DNA of 64,000 bases. It comes from Octopus sinensis (Eukaryota). A program made the translations under genes and the position numbers. The notes below the pieces were generated by a model. The model worked only from the letters and a program-made list of their open reading frames with translations, was not told the origin of the DNA and ran no database searches. This document shows positions 11,936-24,370 of this stretch, piece by piece (position 1 is the first letter of the stretch; each line of letters opens with the position of its first letter). The stretch is taken from the NCBI RefSeq assembly GCF_006345805.1, contig NC_042997.1:145514001-145578000 (forward strand), given 5' to 3'.

Positions 11936-13183
11936 GACAGACATGCAGGAAGTAAATAGACACCTTTAATTATCAAAATCTTTTATTTAATACGCAAAGC
12001 GAACAATTGAAATGTAATCGATAGGTAGGACTACATACTTTAGTATTTAGTTGACATTCCCTTTGCAGTTTTTAAGTCAGAAAGTCTTTTTGGCATTGAA
12101 CTGATGAGCTTTGTGATTGTCTCTTGTGGAATTTCTACCCATTTTCACGCACCAATCGAAACAATTCATCTTTAGATTTAGGTTTCTCTCGAGTTTTTCG
12201 TATAGCTCTATCTAGTATGCTCCAAAGATTTTCAATTGGGTTCATGTCAGGAGATTGGCTCGGCCAAGGAAGCTTTTTGATCCCATTTTCAGTCAGCCAT
12301 TGTTGATTCCTTTTCGCTGTGTAGCATGGAGCCCCATCTTCTATGAATAAAAACACATTTTTCGTTATGTTATCGTGTGAATACATCGGAAGTAGTCCTT
12401 GCTTAAGTATTTCGATGTATTTTTCAAAGTTTATGGTTCCAACACATTCGATCCGCTCAGAACAACCATTGCTGGTGACAGCTCCCTATACCATCACAGA
12501 CATACTGCTATGTTTCACATTTGGTTGGAGTCGTTTCAAACCAAATTCTTGATTGGGAAGCCTCCAGACCCACTGTCTGAAAATAATGCAAATCTAGATT
12601 CATCTGAGAAAGTCCTCCTATCCCAAAATGAACTGGATTTTCTGACACCTCCTTAGCCCATTTCTTTCTTTTTGTGATATTAATTGGTCGTAGGAGAGGT
12701 TTACTTCTAGCTGCTCATCCATAATACCCAAGCTTATGCAGATATGTAACACACGTTCTTGGACTAACTTCTAGCTGTTTTACCATGTCAGAAGCCTTCA
12801 AACGGGGTTCGTTTTCCACAGTTCTTTTCAAACAGGTCGGCCGAAACAAGAATCTGTTGATTACTTTCCTTGGCTTTTGAATTGCACTATAATTCCATTA
12901 AGACCATTAACAGTAGCAAGAGAAATTTGAAAATTTCTGCAATTTTTCGCAAGCTAAGACCAGCCTCAGATTGCCCAACAATCCGACCTCTTTGAAAATC
13001 TGACAGTTCTGCTGAATTTTTTGTGCATGGCATGGTTACTCTTCGCAAATGTTAAATATAATGGCACCTGGAATGAAAAAGAATAATTACGTTGTAAATT
13101 CTACACTGCTGAAAACATATTAAGACTCTTAGATGAGAAATTTTGAAAATTAAAGGTGTCTATTTACTTCCTGCATGTCTGTG
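11936..13183 (-). mobile_element. TIR-to-TIR Tc1-family (DD34E) transposon with frameshifted transposase ~13033-12040
   Basis: 44-bp TIRs (G/C)ACAGACATGCAGGAAGTAAATAGACACCTTTAATT(A/T)TCAAAAT with 2 mismatches, TA on both sides. Translation: MPCTKNSAELSDFQRGRIVG...EDGAPCYTAK...WPSQSPDMNPIENLW (D-x34-E counted). Confidence 0.95.
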
Positions 13184-13239
13184 TACCGTGTTTATTAAAT
13201 AATTATGTATATAATAATTATCATCACACACACACTCAC

Positions 13240-13281
<42 letters not shown>

Positions 13282-13406
13282 GTAGAGAACATTATATGTT
13301 TGAGCGCCATATAATTAAATGTAATTTGAGGAATTGAAATGCATCTGCCTTATATGTATGTATATGAGGTTCTCTGTACATACACGCACGATATACGTAT
13401 ACATAT

Positions 13407-13488
<82 letters not shown>

Positions 13489-13494
13489 GTAGTA

Positions 13495-13628
13495 TGTGAC
13501 AATTATTCGGTAGCCATGATAAAACTCCGAGTTTCTGATGCCGAGGTGAAAATCCGCGCCGCCATTTCTTCAGTTATCCGGCCAACCGAAACTCGGAATT
13601 TTATCATGGTTACCGAATAATTGTCACA
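13495..13628. mobile_element. 134-bp MITE with 41-bp TIRs and TA duplication
   Basis: TGTGACAATTATTCGGTAGCCATGATAAAACTCCGAGTTTC (13495-13535) versus its inverse at 13588-13628; 2 mismatches; flanked by TA. Confidence 0.85.
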
Positions 13629-14036
13629 TATTACATTTACAGATAAATTCCTCTATTTACATAATATCGAAGTCTCTCATTCTTTTTTTATCTTACCACT
13701 TCTATCATATATATATATATATATATATACATTGCTACTGTTGCTACCATTGGAACACAAGGTAACAAAAAAGCGGTTCCTTTTAATACCAGCAAGAAAC
13801 AATAATGGGCTTCTTCAATACACTCAACAGGAATATAGCGATTATACCAACTACCGACAAAACACCACCACATGGATTCTATTGAGAACAGTAAGAAACG
13901 ATTATGAACTTTTCAATTTTCACTTTTTATAATATTTTTGATAAGGTTCGTTTTTTCAAGAACAGAAACATGTAAAATTCATAAGAAAATTAAAATTTAT
14001 CAAATATAGTGGCGTTTTCAAACTTCTTTTTTACAG

Positions 14037-14122
<86 letters not shown>

Positions 14123-14530
14123 CATACATACATATTGAGAGACAAAGAGAAGGGGAAGATAGGCAAATACAGCTATATCAAATACCAGACAACATAAACT
14201 GTTAAGTTATTAAAATTATCCCCGCCTCTAGATGATGTGTTGTGTCGCAATATGTATATGTATGTGTGTGTGTGCGCGCGCGCGCGTATATATTATATAT
14301 ATATATATGTATAATATATATAGTTTATATGAATGTATGTATGCATGCATGTATATATGTATGCATGCATGCTTGTATTCTGTCTATCAAATTATGTATG
14401 TTTGGTATTGTTCACCTTTCCATTTCATGTCTTTTACATCGACTCAATCCTTTTCCAAAACTGTATGGCTGTCTGCCAATGACGAAAATGATTATAAAAA
14501 TGGCTTGATCTAATTATGCATGATATTCAG

Positions 14531-14578
14531 ATTTTCACTTTACTGTTTGGAAGAAATTGTTGAATTAGAATCGTACAG
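14531..14578 (+). CDS. Candidate 48-nt exon (FSLYCLEEIVELESY), phase 2/2
   Basis: ctaat...gatattcag acceptor and AG/gtgaat donor. The only open frame is phase 2, matching the exit phase of 1541-1617. Confidence 0.35.
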
Positions 14579-14859
14579 GTGAATGACTGCTTACATCACA
14601 GAAATATATAGCATTCTGTATATCTTACTTAACGTGGATACACAGTAGGAAGCCCCATAGCTGTGGTATTCGTCTCGAGAAAGCATCTCGTATAGAAGTT
14701 TATAAAAGATTCTTTTGTCATGACCAATACCAGTTATGTGGCTTTTTACAATATATTCACGCTAAGTAGATATACGGAATGCTAGTTTGAAATAATATTG
14801 TCTCCGTCGCTAACAACGATCATAAATAAGAAAGTAAATATGCAGGGACACCGTCTTAA

Positions 14860-15325
14860 ATGGTTTTAGTTGAACAAGTCTACCCTGGTACTTATTTTTA
14901 TAGTCTGATACTTATTCTTTAGTTTTCTTTTGCCGAAATTCTAATTCACAGAGTTACTCCGACGTAAACAAACCTACACCGGTTGCCAAGCACACATACA
15001 TACTACGGCCCTCCTCCACATAGTTTCCGTCCACCAAATTTACTTACAGGGGATTGGTGTCCTTGCCGAACTCTAGTTTAGGAGGACATAACCAAACCAG
15101 CACCGGCTGTCTAGCGGTTGCGGCACAAACACAGACATATACACACACTCAGAAATATATATACCAAGGGCTTCCACACAGTTTTCGACATTCGAATTCA
15201 CTCACAAGGCATTGATTAGCCTGGTACTGCAGTTGGAGACAGTTGCCCAAGGTACCACGTAGTGAGATTGAATGCGAAACCACTTGATTGCAAAGCGAGT
15301 TTCTCAATCACACAGCCATACGTGG
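14860..15325 (-). mobile_element. Diverged SINE family D copy with internal duplication
   Basis: Two gacgtaaacaaacc/ggacataaccaaacc...tttccgtccaccaaat blocks followed by the head region. Confidence 0.6.
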
Positions 15326-15679
15326 GCAAATATTGGTTTATAAAGTTTGTAAATTTAGCCAAGTTTGTCTGATGCGTGAAAACGAGACCACACTGACATT
15401 CCCAGGAAATCCATTTGTCTGAAAAGTAACTATTGAAAATAAAGTTCTTAAGAGAACTGCGAAATTTCTCTTTTTCCCTCAGACTCGGACGAAGTGGAAT
15501 GCTTCAAACACGAGGAAAAAAAAATTCCCAATCTTCATATCAATAACCGTCACTCGCGAGTGAGTATTGCTTGGTGACGTGTATTACGCTTTCGTTAATT
15601 ATTTTAGTTGCTTATCTAGTCGCTGGTAGACACAGACTGTACCTCTTAGGCTCTTCTCCCTTGAAGGACGCCATGATAG

Positions 15680-15880
15680 ATCGTTAGCTCCTACACGCAT
15701 TTTTTCTCTCCTTGTTTCTCTCCTTGTTTTTTTCTGTGTATCTTTCTGTCGAAGAGCGTAGGCTCGAAACGTAAAAGACTTTTTCTATTTCTATTCCTGA
15801 GCGCCATACTAATACATTTGTTTGTTTGTACTCCACCTGCCTTCGTCGTTTGTTTAATTTCGTAAACCTTCCCGTTGTAT
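15680..15880 (+). mobile_element. PLE pseudo-LTR with minimal type I hammerhead-like motif (15741-15776)
   Basis: tcttt-CTGTCGA-A-GAGC-gtag-GCTC-GAAA-CGT-A-aaaga: 5-bp stem I, 4-bp stem II, palindromic ACGT stem III. Confidence 0.65.
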
Positions 15881-16010
15881 ATCCAGGGTAAGACAGCTGG
15901 AGTATGAGAGATCTGTACCAACAGCCCGGCAGGTATTGATAAAATTGAAGCAATGGGAAATAAAGCGCCTTACTCAAGGGTACTATCAGCCGCTCGGTAT
16001 GTGAATTTTT

Positions 16011-16080
16011 TTCCCACGAGAGTTCCGGGCCCCAATTATGAAACTCATTTGCATACAGTCACTCAGAGCTCAACTATCAA
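16011..16080 (+). repeat. Dispersed ~70-bp module with octamer ATTTGCAT (copy A)
   Basis: ttcccacgagagttccgg...ctcatttgcatacagtcactcagagctcaactatcaa; homologues at 16572, 59321 and 60126. Confidence 0.75.
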
Positions 16081-16571
16081 AGTAATATCCACCTAATCAC
16101 GAAAATACTCTGGGTGAATTCAATGGAAAATGTGCATTTTAGCAAAATCCCTAAAGGGGTGACAAATGTGAAATATAGTGTATAAAGTAAATCGAGAGCT
16201 GCTCACCGATGATGCCATAAGTGTTGCCAATTTGTGTAATTTACTGGAAAATGTAAATGAGAGTAGTTTCCTAATTTTTTACTGATTTTGTATATTCCTA
16301 ATTTTAAATGTTGGTGTTGACTTGGGAACATCGTAAACAATATGGCGTTGTGTCGTATTGCCCCTCCTTACATATATCAATGGGTACATGCAGTGCCACT
16401 AATCTTAGTCTGAGTATAGGTACCGTAGCTCCATAAAGAGATGGTCTATGAGGATGGTGGGTGAGGTATGTGGTGCTTATTTGAAACCTGCTATGCTGTA
16501 CTCACAGAGTGGCATCCACAATATTCTATTCCCGACTGGCTGTACTGCAGTATGTGGATTTTCACGGCGAT

Positions 16572-16705
16572 CTTTGATTGGCTGAATGCAAATGAGTTCA
16601 TTACTGAGGTCCGGAACTCTCGTGGAAAATAAACTTTCGCACCCGGTCCAAGAATTGAACCAACTGTTTTTATTTGTGATCACGAACCGAAGATTTTAAC
16701 CACCA
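16572..16705 (-). repeat. Octamer/CCAAT module (copy B) preceded on the minus strand by a tRNA-like head
   Basis: gattggctgaatgcaaatgagttcattactgaggtccggaactctcgtggaaaa. The minus-strand upstream sequence has gtggttaaaat...ggttcaattc boxes. Confidence 0.65.
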
Positions 16706-17089
16706 TGCTGTGCGATGTCACCTCGCGTTAACTAAATATAACTAAAACATGTCTGAAGAGAGATAAGCAGGAGTGGGGCAGGGAGGAAAAGAGAGAGAGA
16801 GAGGGAAGAATTAATCAGACGAACAGGATGTTAATAGGAGGTCAGTGACCAGACTGACGATGTGGATTGTGGTGGTGGGGGGAAGTTATGAGTCAACCAT
16901 AGACTGAAACTCAACAATACTAACATGAAGGTGGCGGTGGCGATGGTGGTGTCAATGGTTGCGGTAAAAGTTATTCTAAACTTTTTGCGGTTAGTGACTG
17001 CAAAGCAAAATTAGATTATAAATATCTAAGTTAACACCTTATCTATTATAAATCCTGTGTAGAAATATGTTTAATAATTATATACATCC

Positions 17090-17156
17090 TGAGCTTTTTA
17101 TTATTATTATTGTTGTTGTTCTTCTTCTTCTTCTCCTTCTTATTGTCATAATTGTG

Positions 17157-17217
<61 letters not shown>

Positions 17218-17266
17218 TATTGTTGTTGTTGTTCTTCTTCTTCTCCTTCTTATTGTCATAATTGTG

Positions 17267-17299
<33 letters not shown>

Positions 17300-17355
17300 T
17301 ATTATTATTATTATTATTGCTGTTGTTGTTGTTGTTGTTGTTGTTACTGTTGTTA
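17090..17355. repeat. Compound (ATT)n/(GTT)n/(CTT)n microsatellite with an internal ~110-bp tandem duplication
   Basis: ttcttcttctccttcttattgtcataattgtggtta occurs twice. Confidence 0.9.
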
Positions 17356-18919
17356 TTTATCTCTTTATCGCCTTTTTACCTATTTCTTTTACCAGTTCGT
17401 GAAGGTTAGTGGCCAGTAGAACGTCGGTCTCGTGGAAACGTCTGACGAAATGTCCTTACATACCTACCTACCTCCTTACCTATGTACATATATACAGACA
17501 GACAGCAGACACAAACACAAATACACATGCATATACACAAATGCACAAACATACCCCCCTTCCCGCACGCACACACACACACGCACGCATGCAGACTCGT
17601 TCACACACACATCTTTCTATGACATAAATGTCTCTGCATACGTGTGCTTGTGCACGTTTATCTTTTCTGTTGCTTTCCTTTTCATTTTCTCTCACTCTCT
17701 GCACATACACTCATACATATGAATATTTTTATGTAAACCAACCACACACATACGTAAATAAACACGCGTACACTTATACATAGTCATCAGAAACGATGAA
17801 CTACAGGACACAATACAAATCTAGCATAACTAAAAGGCTTCATAACATAATTACTCGCTAATACCAACCCTAATTAATCCTGTGAAGATTAAATTCCGGA
17901 TAAACCGACACTAGTCACAATCTAAAATCTTCATCCAGATTTAATTCAGCACATGATCCTTCTAATAACGAAGTATAAAATTAAATAGAAGACAATAGAA
18001 GCAATTGAAACAGGCCTAAATTGTATCACTGTTAGACCTACTATCGAGAACAACATCGGAATGTTGAAAAATATACACGAAAGATCGAACAATAAAAATA
18101 ACGTACAAACAACTACATAAACACCTCAATAACAACCATAGATTATCTAACAAATATATCCTCTCATCAGCTCTATAACTGGAAATCGTTGTAGTTTCGG
18201 CAATAAAATAGGATAATTTCATTCAACACTGTCAACAGCGTCAAAATATATTTAGAAGTTGCTTGGAAACTATAAGGCATAATATCAGCAAAATAAATAA
18301 ATAAATAAATAAAGGTAGAAACAGGTTCTCGTGTTTATAGTTGGGTTACAGTATTAAGAGACTTTGCGAAATTCGTTCACAGTTTGAGCGCTCAAGCTGA
18401 TTACCCATTTTGCCTAATGCACAGTGCTGACTATGGGCCATATCTTATATTTACATACACACACACAGCGTTCGTGCGTATGATGGTATGTATGTATGTA
18501 TGTATGTATGTATGTATGTATGTATGTATGAATGTATGTATGTATGTATGCATGATTGTATGTATAGTTGTACGTTTTATTATATATCTATGTGTATACG
18601 TACGTTTTAATAAATTTTTATCATATGGCTCTTGAATGTGAAAACACAGACATACACGTACACACACGCTCCCACGCACCTGCGCACATAAACAACACAC
18701 ATAAGCACAGATGCATACACACTCGACAGAGAGAAAGAGAGAGAGAGTCATTGGCTCTTCTTAACCAAAGGTAGGCTGCACCAGTAATATATCGTTTGGA
18801 TAGGCAAACTGTCATTCAACATTTCCTGTCAACATCCATCAAAAATTGAGTTTTGTTTATCGTAAAATATAAATACCATACATATACATGCTCGTATATA
18901 TATATATATATATATATAC

Positions 18920-19165
18920 GATGAAACAGGGACAACTGAAGAAGGGGAATATTCCTTGTGTTGTATGTCTTGTTTCTCTGTGTTTTTTTCGTTGTTTGAA
19001 AAATAGTTCGTTTCTATGTTTTTGTTTTTATGTTTTCGTTTCTCATTGTGTTCAACGTTTTTTTTTTTGATGTCCTGTACCCATATATCCATGTATATAT
19101 ACATATATATCTGTAGGTATGTACACATATGTATGTATATCTGCATATATTAATATATTATTTAT
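18920..19165 (+). mobile_element. 5'-truncated terminal fragment of the CTGANGAAGG-box PLE-like family
   Basis: gggacaa-CTGAAGA-agggg (18936-18942), ending gatgtcctgtacccatatat as at 29300 and 39875; flanked by (TA)n. Confidence 0.6.
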
Positions 19166-19170
19166 ATTAT

Positions 19171-19220
<50 letters not shown>

Positions 19221-19222
<2 letters not shown>

Positions 19223-19524
19223 TAGTAGTATCGCCCGGCGTTGCTCGGGTTTGTAAGGGAAATAACTGTATAAGCATTTTTAGAGAGTTACTTCCCTTAT
19301 ATAATAGCAAAAAATGCATTAAAAATGGGAAAAAATGATGGTAAATTTTTTTTTTAATCGTAGACTCATCGTAGATGCGCGCTAGTACCCAGAAGGGCTC
19401 GATATGAATCACGACTATAAGATACCCGCTTTTGGTTTAACTGCACCGCAAAATGTGGGAGTAGTTAGGAATCTAAATCGTAGGAGACAGACACTCACAC
19501 AACTTCACTTTTATATATAAAGAT
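19221..19524 (+). mobile_element. Non-autonomous Helitron/Helentron-type (Lep1/DINE-1-like) element in (TA)n
   Basis: Starts ACTAG..tcgCCCGgcgttgctCGGG hairpin and ends cttttatatataaagat; no TIR or TSD; second copy at 22420. Confidence 0.7.
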
Positions 19525-20283
19525 ATATATATATATTATATATATATATATATATACATATATATATACGCATATACATACACATTGGTTATGGTATTTT
19601 GCAGGGCAAATTGTTAGATATAGTACTATTATTAATAATGATAATATAATTTGGGAAAGAATAAATAAACTATTAAGACGTTTAGTAAAGCCTGGATATA
19701 AATATGGTGAATTATTTAAAACTTTTAATCGCTGTTTAGGTTGGATACCTGAAAATTTAAATAAATATAGGATAATATCTAGTCTTCAACTAAGCAAATA
19801 TTTGTAAGGATTTGGAATGTTTACGCTTCGAGTTATTTGCTTACTATGTCACCATTATTGTTTGTGACAAATGAGGGAGTAGTAATTAAGCACTTACGTC
19901 AATAATAGTTAAGATAGTCTTTTTAAATTCTTGGTGATGGAACCGCGTGTCTGATAAGTCATGTAAGTCTTCATACTTGTAGTTTTATTATCTTTTAAAC
20001 AGTTTTAATTAGCTTTAAACGTAGCAATGTTTTATAATAATAGTTAATTACAACTACTTTTAATAGTTCCTGTTTAATAAAAGTTAATGTTTCTATTAGT
20101 TACTGGTACTTTGATAATATAGCTTCTAGCGGTGATACATTAATGTGTATGTAGTGTTTTATTAACTTTGGAATGGTGAAATAATATATTTCACTCATAA
20201 TTATTATAAAATTAGTTAAGTTAAATTCCATCGTGTTTATTTTGTTTTGGAGAGATTTATATAAAGGTTTAACTTTTTTTTTT

Positions 20284-20710
20284 ATCTTTTCGGTTTGACC
20301 GGCAGTTTTTTAAAATAATTTCCACGTAACTAAACACTTTTAAATTTCGTATACTGGTAGAATGTGTTTATAAAACATCTTTTTCTCTTGGCTTTATTGA
20401 GAAAATTCTATAGTTTGTAAGATATTTGTTATTTTTTTCTTCAATTTCTGCAATTTCAACCAATCAATGACGTCTATTGAGGTGAAAACATTCTGTGCCG
20501 TATGAATATGTCCCTCGTTTAAGAAACAGATTGGGTTTATTTACATTTCTGAAGAAAAAAAGATACCCTTCCCCCCACCCCTAACCCTAACCCTAAACCT
20601 AACCCTAAAACAGATTGAAATGCAATAGATCGATACTAGGGTCATAATTATGGGTGACAATTTCATATGACACCGCTAGAAAAAACTGCCGGTCAAACCG
20701 AAAAGATCCC
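20284..20710. mobile_element. MITE with perfect 27-bp TIRs carrying (CCCTAA)-type repeats
   Basis: ATCTTTTCGGTTTGACCGGCAGTTTTT (20284-20310) versus 20681-20707; five CCCTAA units (one ACCTAA) at 20579-20608. Confidence 0.85.
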
Positions 20711-21143
20711 TTTTTTTATCATAGTAGTAACTAAGGAAGACTGGTGGGATTATTATTTGTATGGACTTAAAGATTGGTCGCTATTTAGCATATAATTTAG
20801 TTATTGCATGTTTCCTATTAATACCGATACAATGTACATTGGTTTATGCGTTTCTTTGTTGTAGTTTTATTAAAGTTAGTGTTTAATCCTACCTATAATT
20901 TGATTGATCGCATGAATGAATGTGGTTATTAAACTTTCACTTTTATATTATACTATGGAAGACAGCAGGGAATATAACTTTTGAATGACTTAAAGGATTG
21001 GTCGCTGTTAAGTTACATATTTAGGCGTTGTTTGTGGATTTATTGAATTTATTTACCGATACGGTTGTACATCGGGTAAATGTGTTTGAAAGTTGTGGGT
21101 TCTTTGCTTTGTTTGTTCAAACAACACTTATTTTAGTGCAGTT

Positions 21144-21215
21144 GACACCGCCGGATTGAATGGTACTGCCCAGGTGTCGAAACCATAATGATATCCGTGG
21201 GGCAGCTGATGAAGG
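21144..21215 (+). ncRNA. Permuted-topology hammerhead-like motif, copy 1
   Basis: ATGGT-A-CTGCCC-aggtgtc-GAA-ACCAT-13nt-GGGCAG-CTGATGA-AGG; stem III 5/5, stem I 6/6, GUA site. Confidence 0.65.
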
Positions 21216-21282
21216 AGGTATGTTGGATTGTTGGTATGGCTGTTTTTTGCATATGTGGAATAATATTATAACACATCCTTTT

Positions 21283-21387
<105 letters not shown>

Positions 21388-21848
21388 ATACATATATATT
21401 ATACATATATGTATACACACATGCACACACACACATATATAATATAATTATGTCGCTTGTCTATTACTCAAGCTATACAATTCTACTAGAAAGGAGGAAT
21501 GAATAGATATTGATCCAATTTCCATCATACTGATTAAACTGTATCTCTGCATTATCGATTTTTACGCGCACACACACACACACACACCGACACACACATA
21601 CACTGACACACACATGCGCGCGCAAAACATGCTTTTTGTATTGTATTCAACAATGCGTGTTGCAGCTGCGAAATTGGCGTCAAATTTCACCGTACGTTCT
21701 CGTAATTTCATTGTTTCTGATGAACACCGATAATGAAAGGCGTAAGAAAAATACTGAGAAGCAAAGACCAATAGCAGGAATCAAAGAATATGCCAAAACA
21801 GACGGAGAGAAAAAGAAGGAGAGAAAGATACACAGACAGTTAAATAGG

Positions 21849-21913
<65 letters not shown>

Positions 21914-22225
21914 TGTGTGCATGTGAGTGAAGGAGTAAAAGAGAAGGAGAGAGCGTGATGAATAGATTTTCTGCTGCTGAAATGGATACGTGTTTGCCAA
22001 AGTAATATCATATTCACACATAATACTTAATTTAGAGAGGAAATGAAAATGACAAAAGACAGGAGAAATTGTCTTTGCTTTCCTATCCACGTTGATGTTC
22101 TATTTGTCTAGGTCAGTTTACTGACTGAGCAAACCTGTAATCAAAAAGCATTCCAGCTATGACCATCCTGCCTTTCCAAACATTGGCTATCTCGAACTAA
22201 ATTTAAATAATTGTTAATAAGCTAA

Positions 22226-22400
22226 GCAGGCCGCAGACACGGGTGTGTGGTAAGAAGTTTGCTTCCCAACCGCATAGTTCTATGTTCAGCTCCACTGCGT
22301 GGCACCTTGGGCAAGTAAGTGTCTTCTACAATAGCTCCGGGCAGACCAAAGCCTTGTGAGTGGATCTGGTAGATGGAAACTGAAAGAAGGCCGTCGTATA
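22226..22400 (+). mobile_element. SINE family D 5' half, ending at its internal TA tract where a Helitron-type element follows
   Basis: gtgtgtggtaagaagtttgcttcccaacc...gaaactgaaagaaggccgtcgtata. Confidence 0.8.
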
Positions 22401-22419
22401 TATACATATATATATATAT

Positions 22420-22915
22420 ACTAGCAGTATCGCCCGGCGTTGCTCGGGTTTGTAAGGGAAATAACTATATAAGCATTTTTAGAGAGTTACTTCCCTTATA
22501 GATGCCAATTCGGGCTTTCTTAGCCATTTCTGTTTTGGCGTCTTCAAGCCATGAAGTCGTTGTTCTAAAAGAACGCTGGTCTCCTTGACAACGCTTTACG
22601 ACGTTGATTTCCTTACACTCCCTTCCCCACAGCTTCACGAGGGGGAGAAGCAAACAGGTGCAGGTGTGACCATGGACGCCAACTCTGCCGCTATCGACAC
22701 ACGAAAAATTATGCATTAAAATGGAATAAAAAATTATGTTAAATTATTTTTAAAATCGTAGACTCATAGTAGACGTGCGCTAATACTCAGACGGTCTCGA
22801 GATATGAATCACGACTATAAGATACCCGAATTTGGTTAATCTGCACCGCAAAATGTGGGAGTAGTTAGGAATCTAAATCGAAGGGGACAGACTCTCACAC
22901 AACTACAGTTTTATA
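22420..22915 (+). mobile_element. Non-autonomous Helitron/Helentron-type element with an extra ~200-bp internal segment
   Basis: Same ends and body as 19221-19524, plus unrelated sequence at ~22500-22705. Confidence 0.7.
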
Positions 22916-22957
22916 TATATATATATATGGGGTTATCATAGTATATATATATATATA

Positions 22958-24016
22958 TAGGGTTATCCCATAGGTAAAGCAGGTTTTTCAATTGCGTGAA
23001 CTAAAAATCGGAGGGGGACGAGATGAACTACCTGCATCAACTTACTATAAAAGCAGCTAGTAATTTTAACTGTGTTCTTATTCTTAGAGCAAGTTTTAAA
23101 AAATGCACTTCGATTTTAACAATTATTTTTCAAAGTTTTAATGGAAGTGACAAGGGAACATATTCGACATATTTTGCTTTATCAGTTCAATAAAGGCCTC
23201 AAGGCAACGGAAAGTGCGAAGAATTTTAATGCAGTATATGGGGATCGGACAATAAGCGAAAGTCAGTGTCAACAATGGTTCCAGAAATTCCGAGCCGGAA
23301 ACTACAGCCTAGGATATGAGCCTGTCCTGATCTGTAGAGCTCGACGAGGACGTCCTCCAGACCCTTGTGGAGTAAGATCCTATCGTAACTGTTGAGGAAC
23401 TAGCAGAGAAGTGTGGATTTGGTCATTTAACAATTCATCGACACCTGCGTGCCATCGGTAAAGTTAGTAAATTGGGTCGATGGATTCCTCACAAACTTTC
23501 CGAGTTTTCTCGCGCACAGAGCATGAATGTTTGCTCTTCTTTACTGTCATGTTTCACGAATGAACCTTTTTTGGACCGAATAACCACTGGTGACGAGAAA
23601 TGGGTTCTCTATAAAAATGGCAAGTGCCGAACACTGTGGGTAGGAAAGTCTTTTAAATCCAAATCAAACGATAACAAAGGAGATCTTCTGCGAACAGTTT
23701 CAGTGACTTAAGTCAGCGCTAGAAGAAAAACGACCATCTTTGGTTGTAAGAAAAAAGGTGTTCTTCCATCAGGATAATGCTCGGCTATATACCAATGATA
23801 TTCCAAAGGCTGGAACAGTTTGAATGGGAAACGATGACCCACCCACCATATTCGCCGGACATTGCCCCACCTAATTATAATTTATTCTGCAGTCTTCAAA
23901 ATCATTTGGACGGAAAAGATATGAATTCTGTAGACGAGGTTAGAAGAGTACGGGAGGAGTATTTTACGTCACGAAGAGTGAAATTTGGAAGAGGAGCCTT
24001 GCAAATCTACCAAAGA
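22958..24016 (+). mobile_element. Mariner transposon (Hsmar1/cecropia-like), internally deleted and 3'-truncated
   Basis: TA-TAGGGTTATCCCATA end; MEVTREHIRHILLY...WFQKFRAGNYSL, GRWIPHKL, TGDEKWVLY, FHQDNAR, HPPYSPDIAP. Confidence 0.9.
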
Positions 24017-24306
24017 CTGTTTGTAAACAAAGCCAGAGGCAGAGAAGAAGGTGGGATAAGGAGGTAAACCGAATGGTAATTGAATACTAGATCAGAATTG
24101 AACCCAGCAGAAGAGAATTCCGACAACAAATGAATCAGGAAAGTACTAGATAGCTGAAAAGAACGAATAGCATGGTACCATAGGCTGCAGGTGGTGAGCT
24201 CGCTACGCATGCAAGACTCTAGGAACTCCAACAAAACATGAGATAAAGAGAAAATAAAATAAAATAAAATAAAATAATAATAATAATGATGATAATAATA
24301 ATAATA

Positions 24307-24356
<50 letters not shown>

Positions 24357-24370
24357 TAATAATAATAATT
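24010..24370 (+). mobile_element. Bipartite, internally deleted R4/Dong-type LINE derivative with (AAAAT)n(AAT)n tail
   Basis: N-terminal motif RRRWDKEVNRMVIE...EPSRREFRQQM is joined directly to C-terminal IRKVLDS*, a 3'UTR and an AAT tail. Confidence 0.7.

Noticed and set aside
13831-13890. Possible 60-nt exon EYSDYTNYRQNTTTWILLRT with an ACA/gtaaga donor
   Set aside because: Phase 0/0 does not fit the neighbouring phase 2 candidates and there is no other support; left unannotated.
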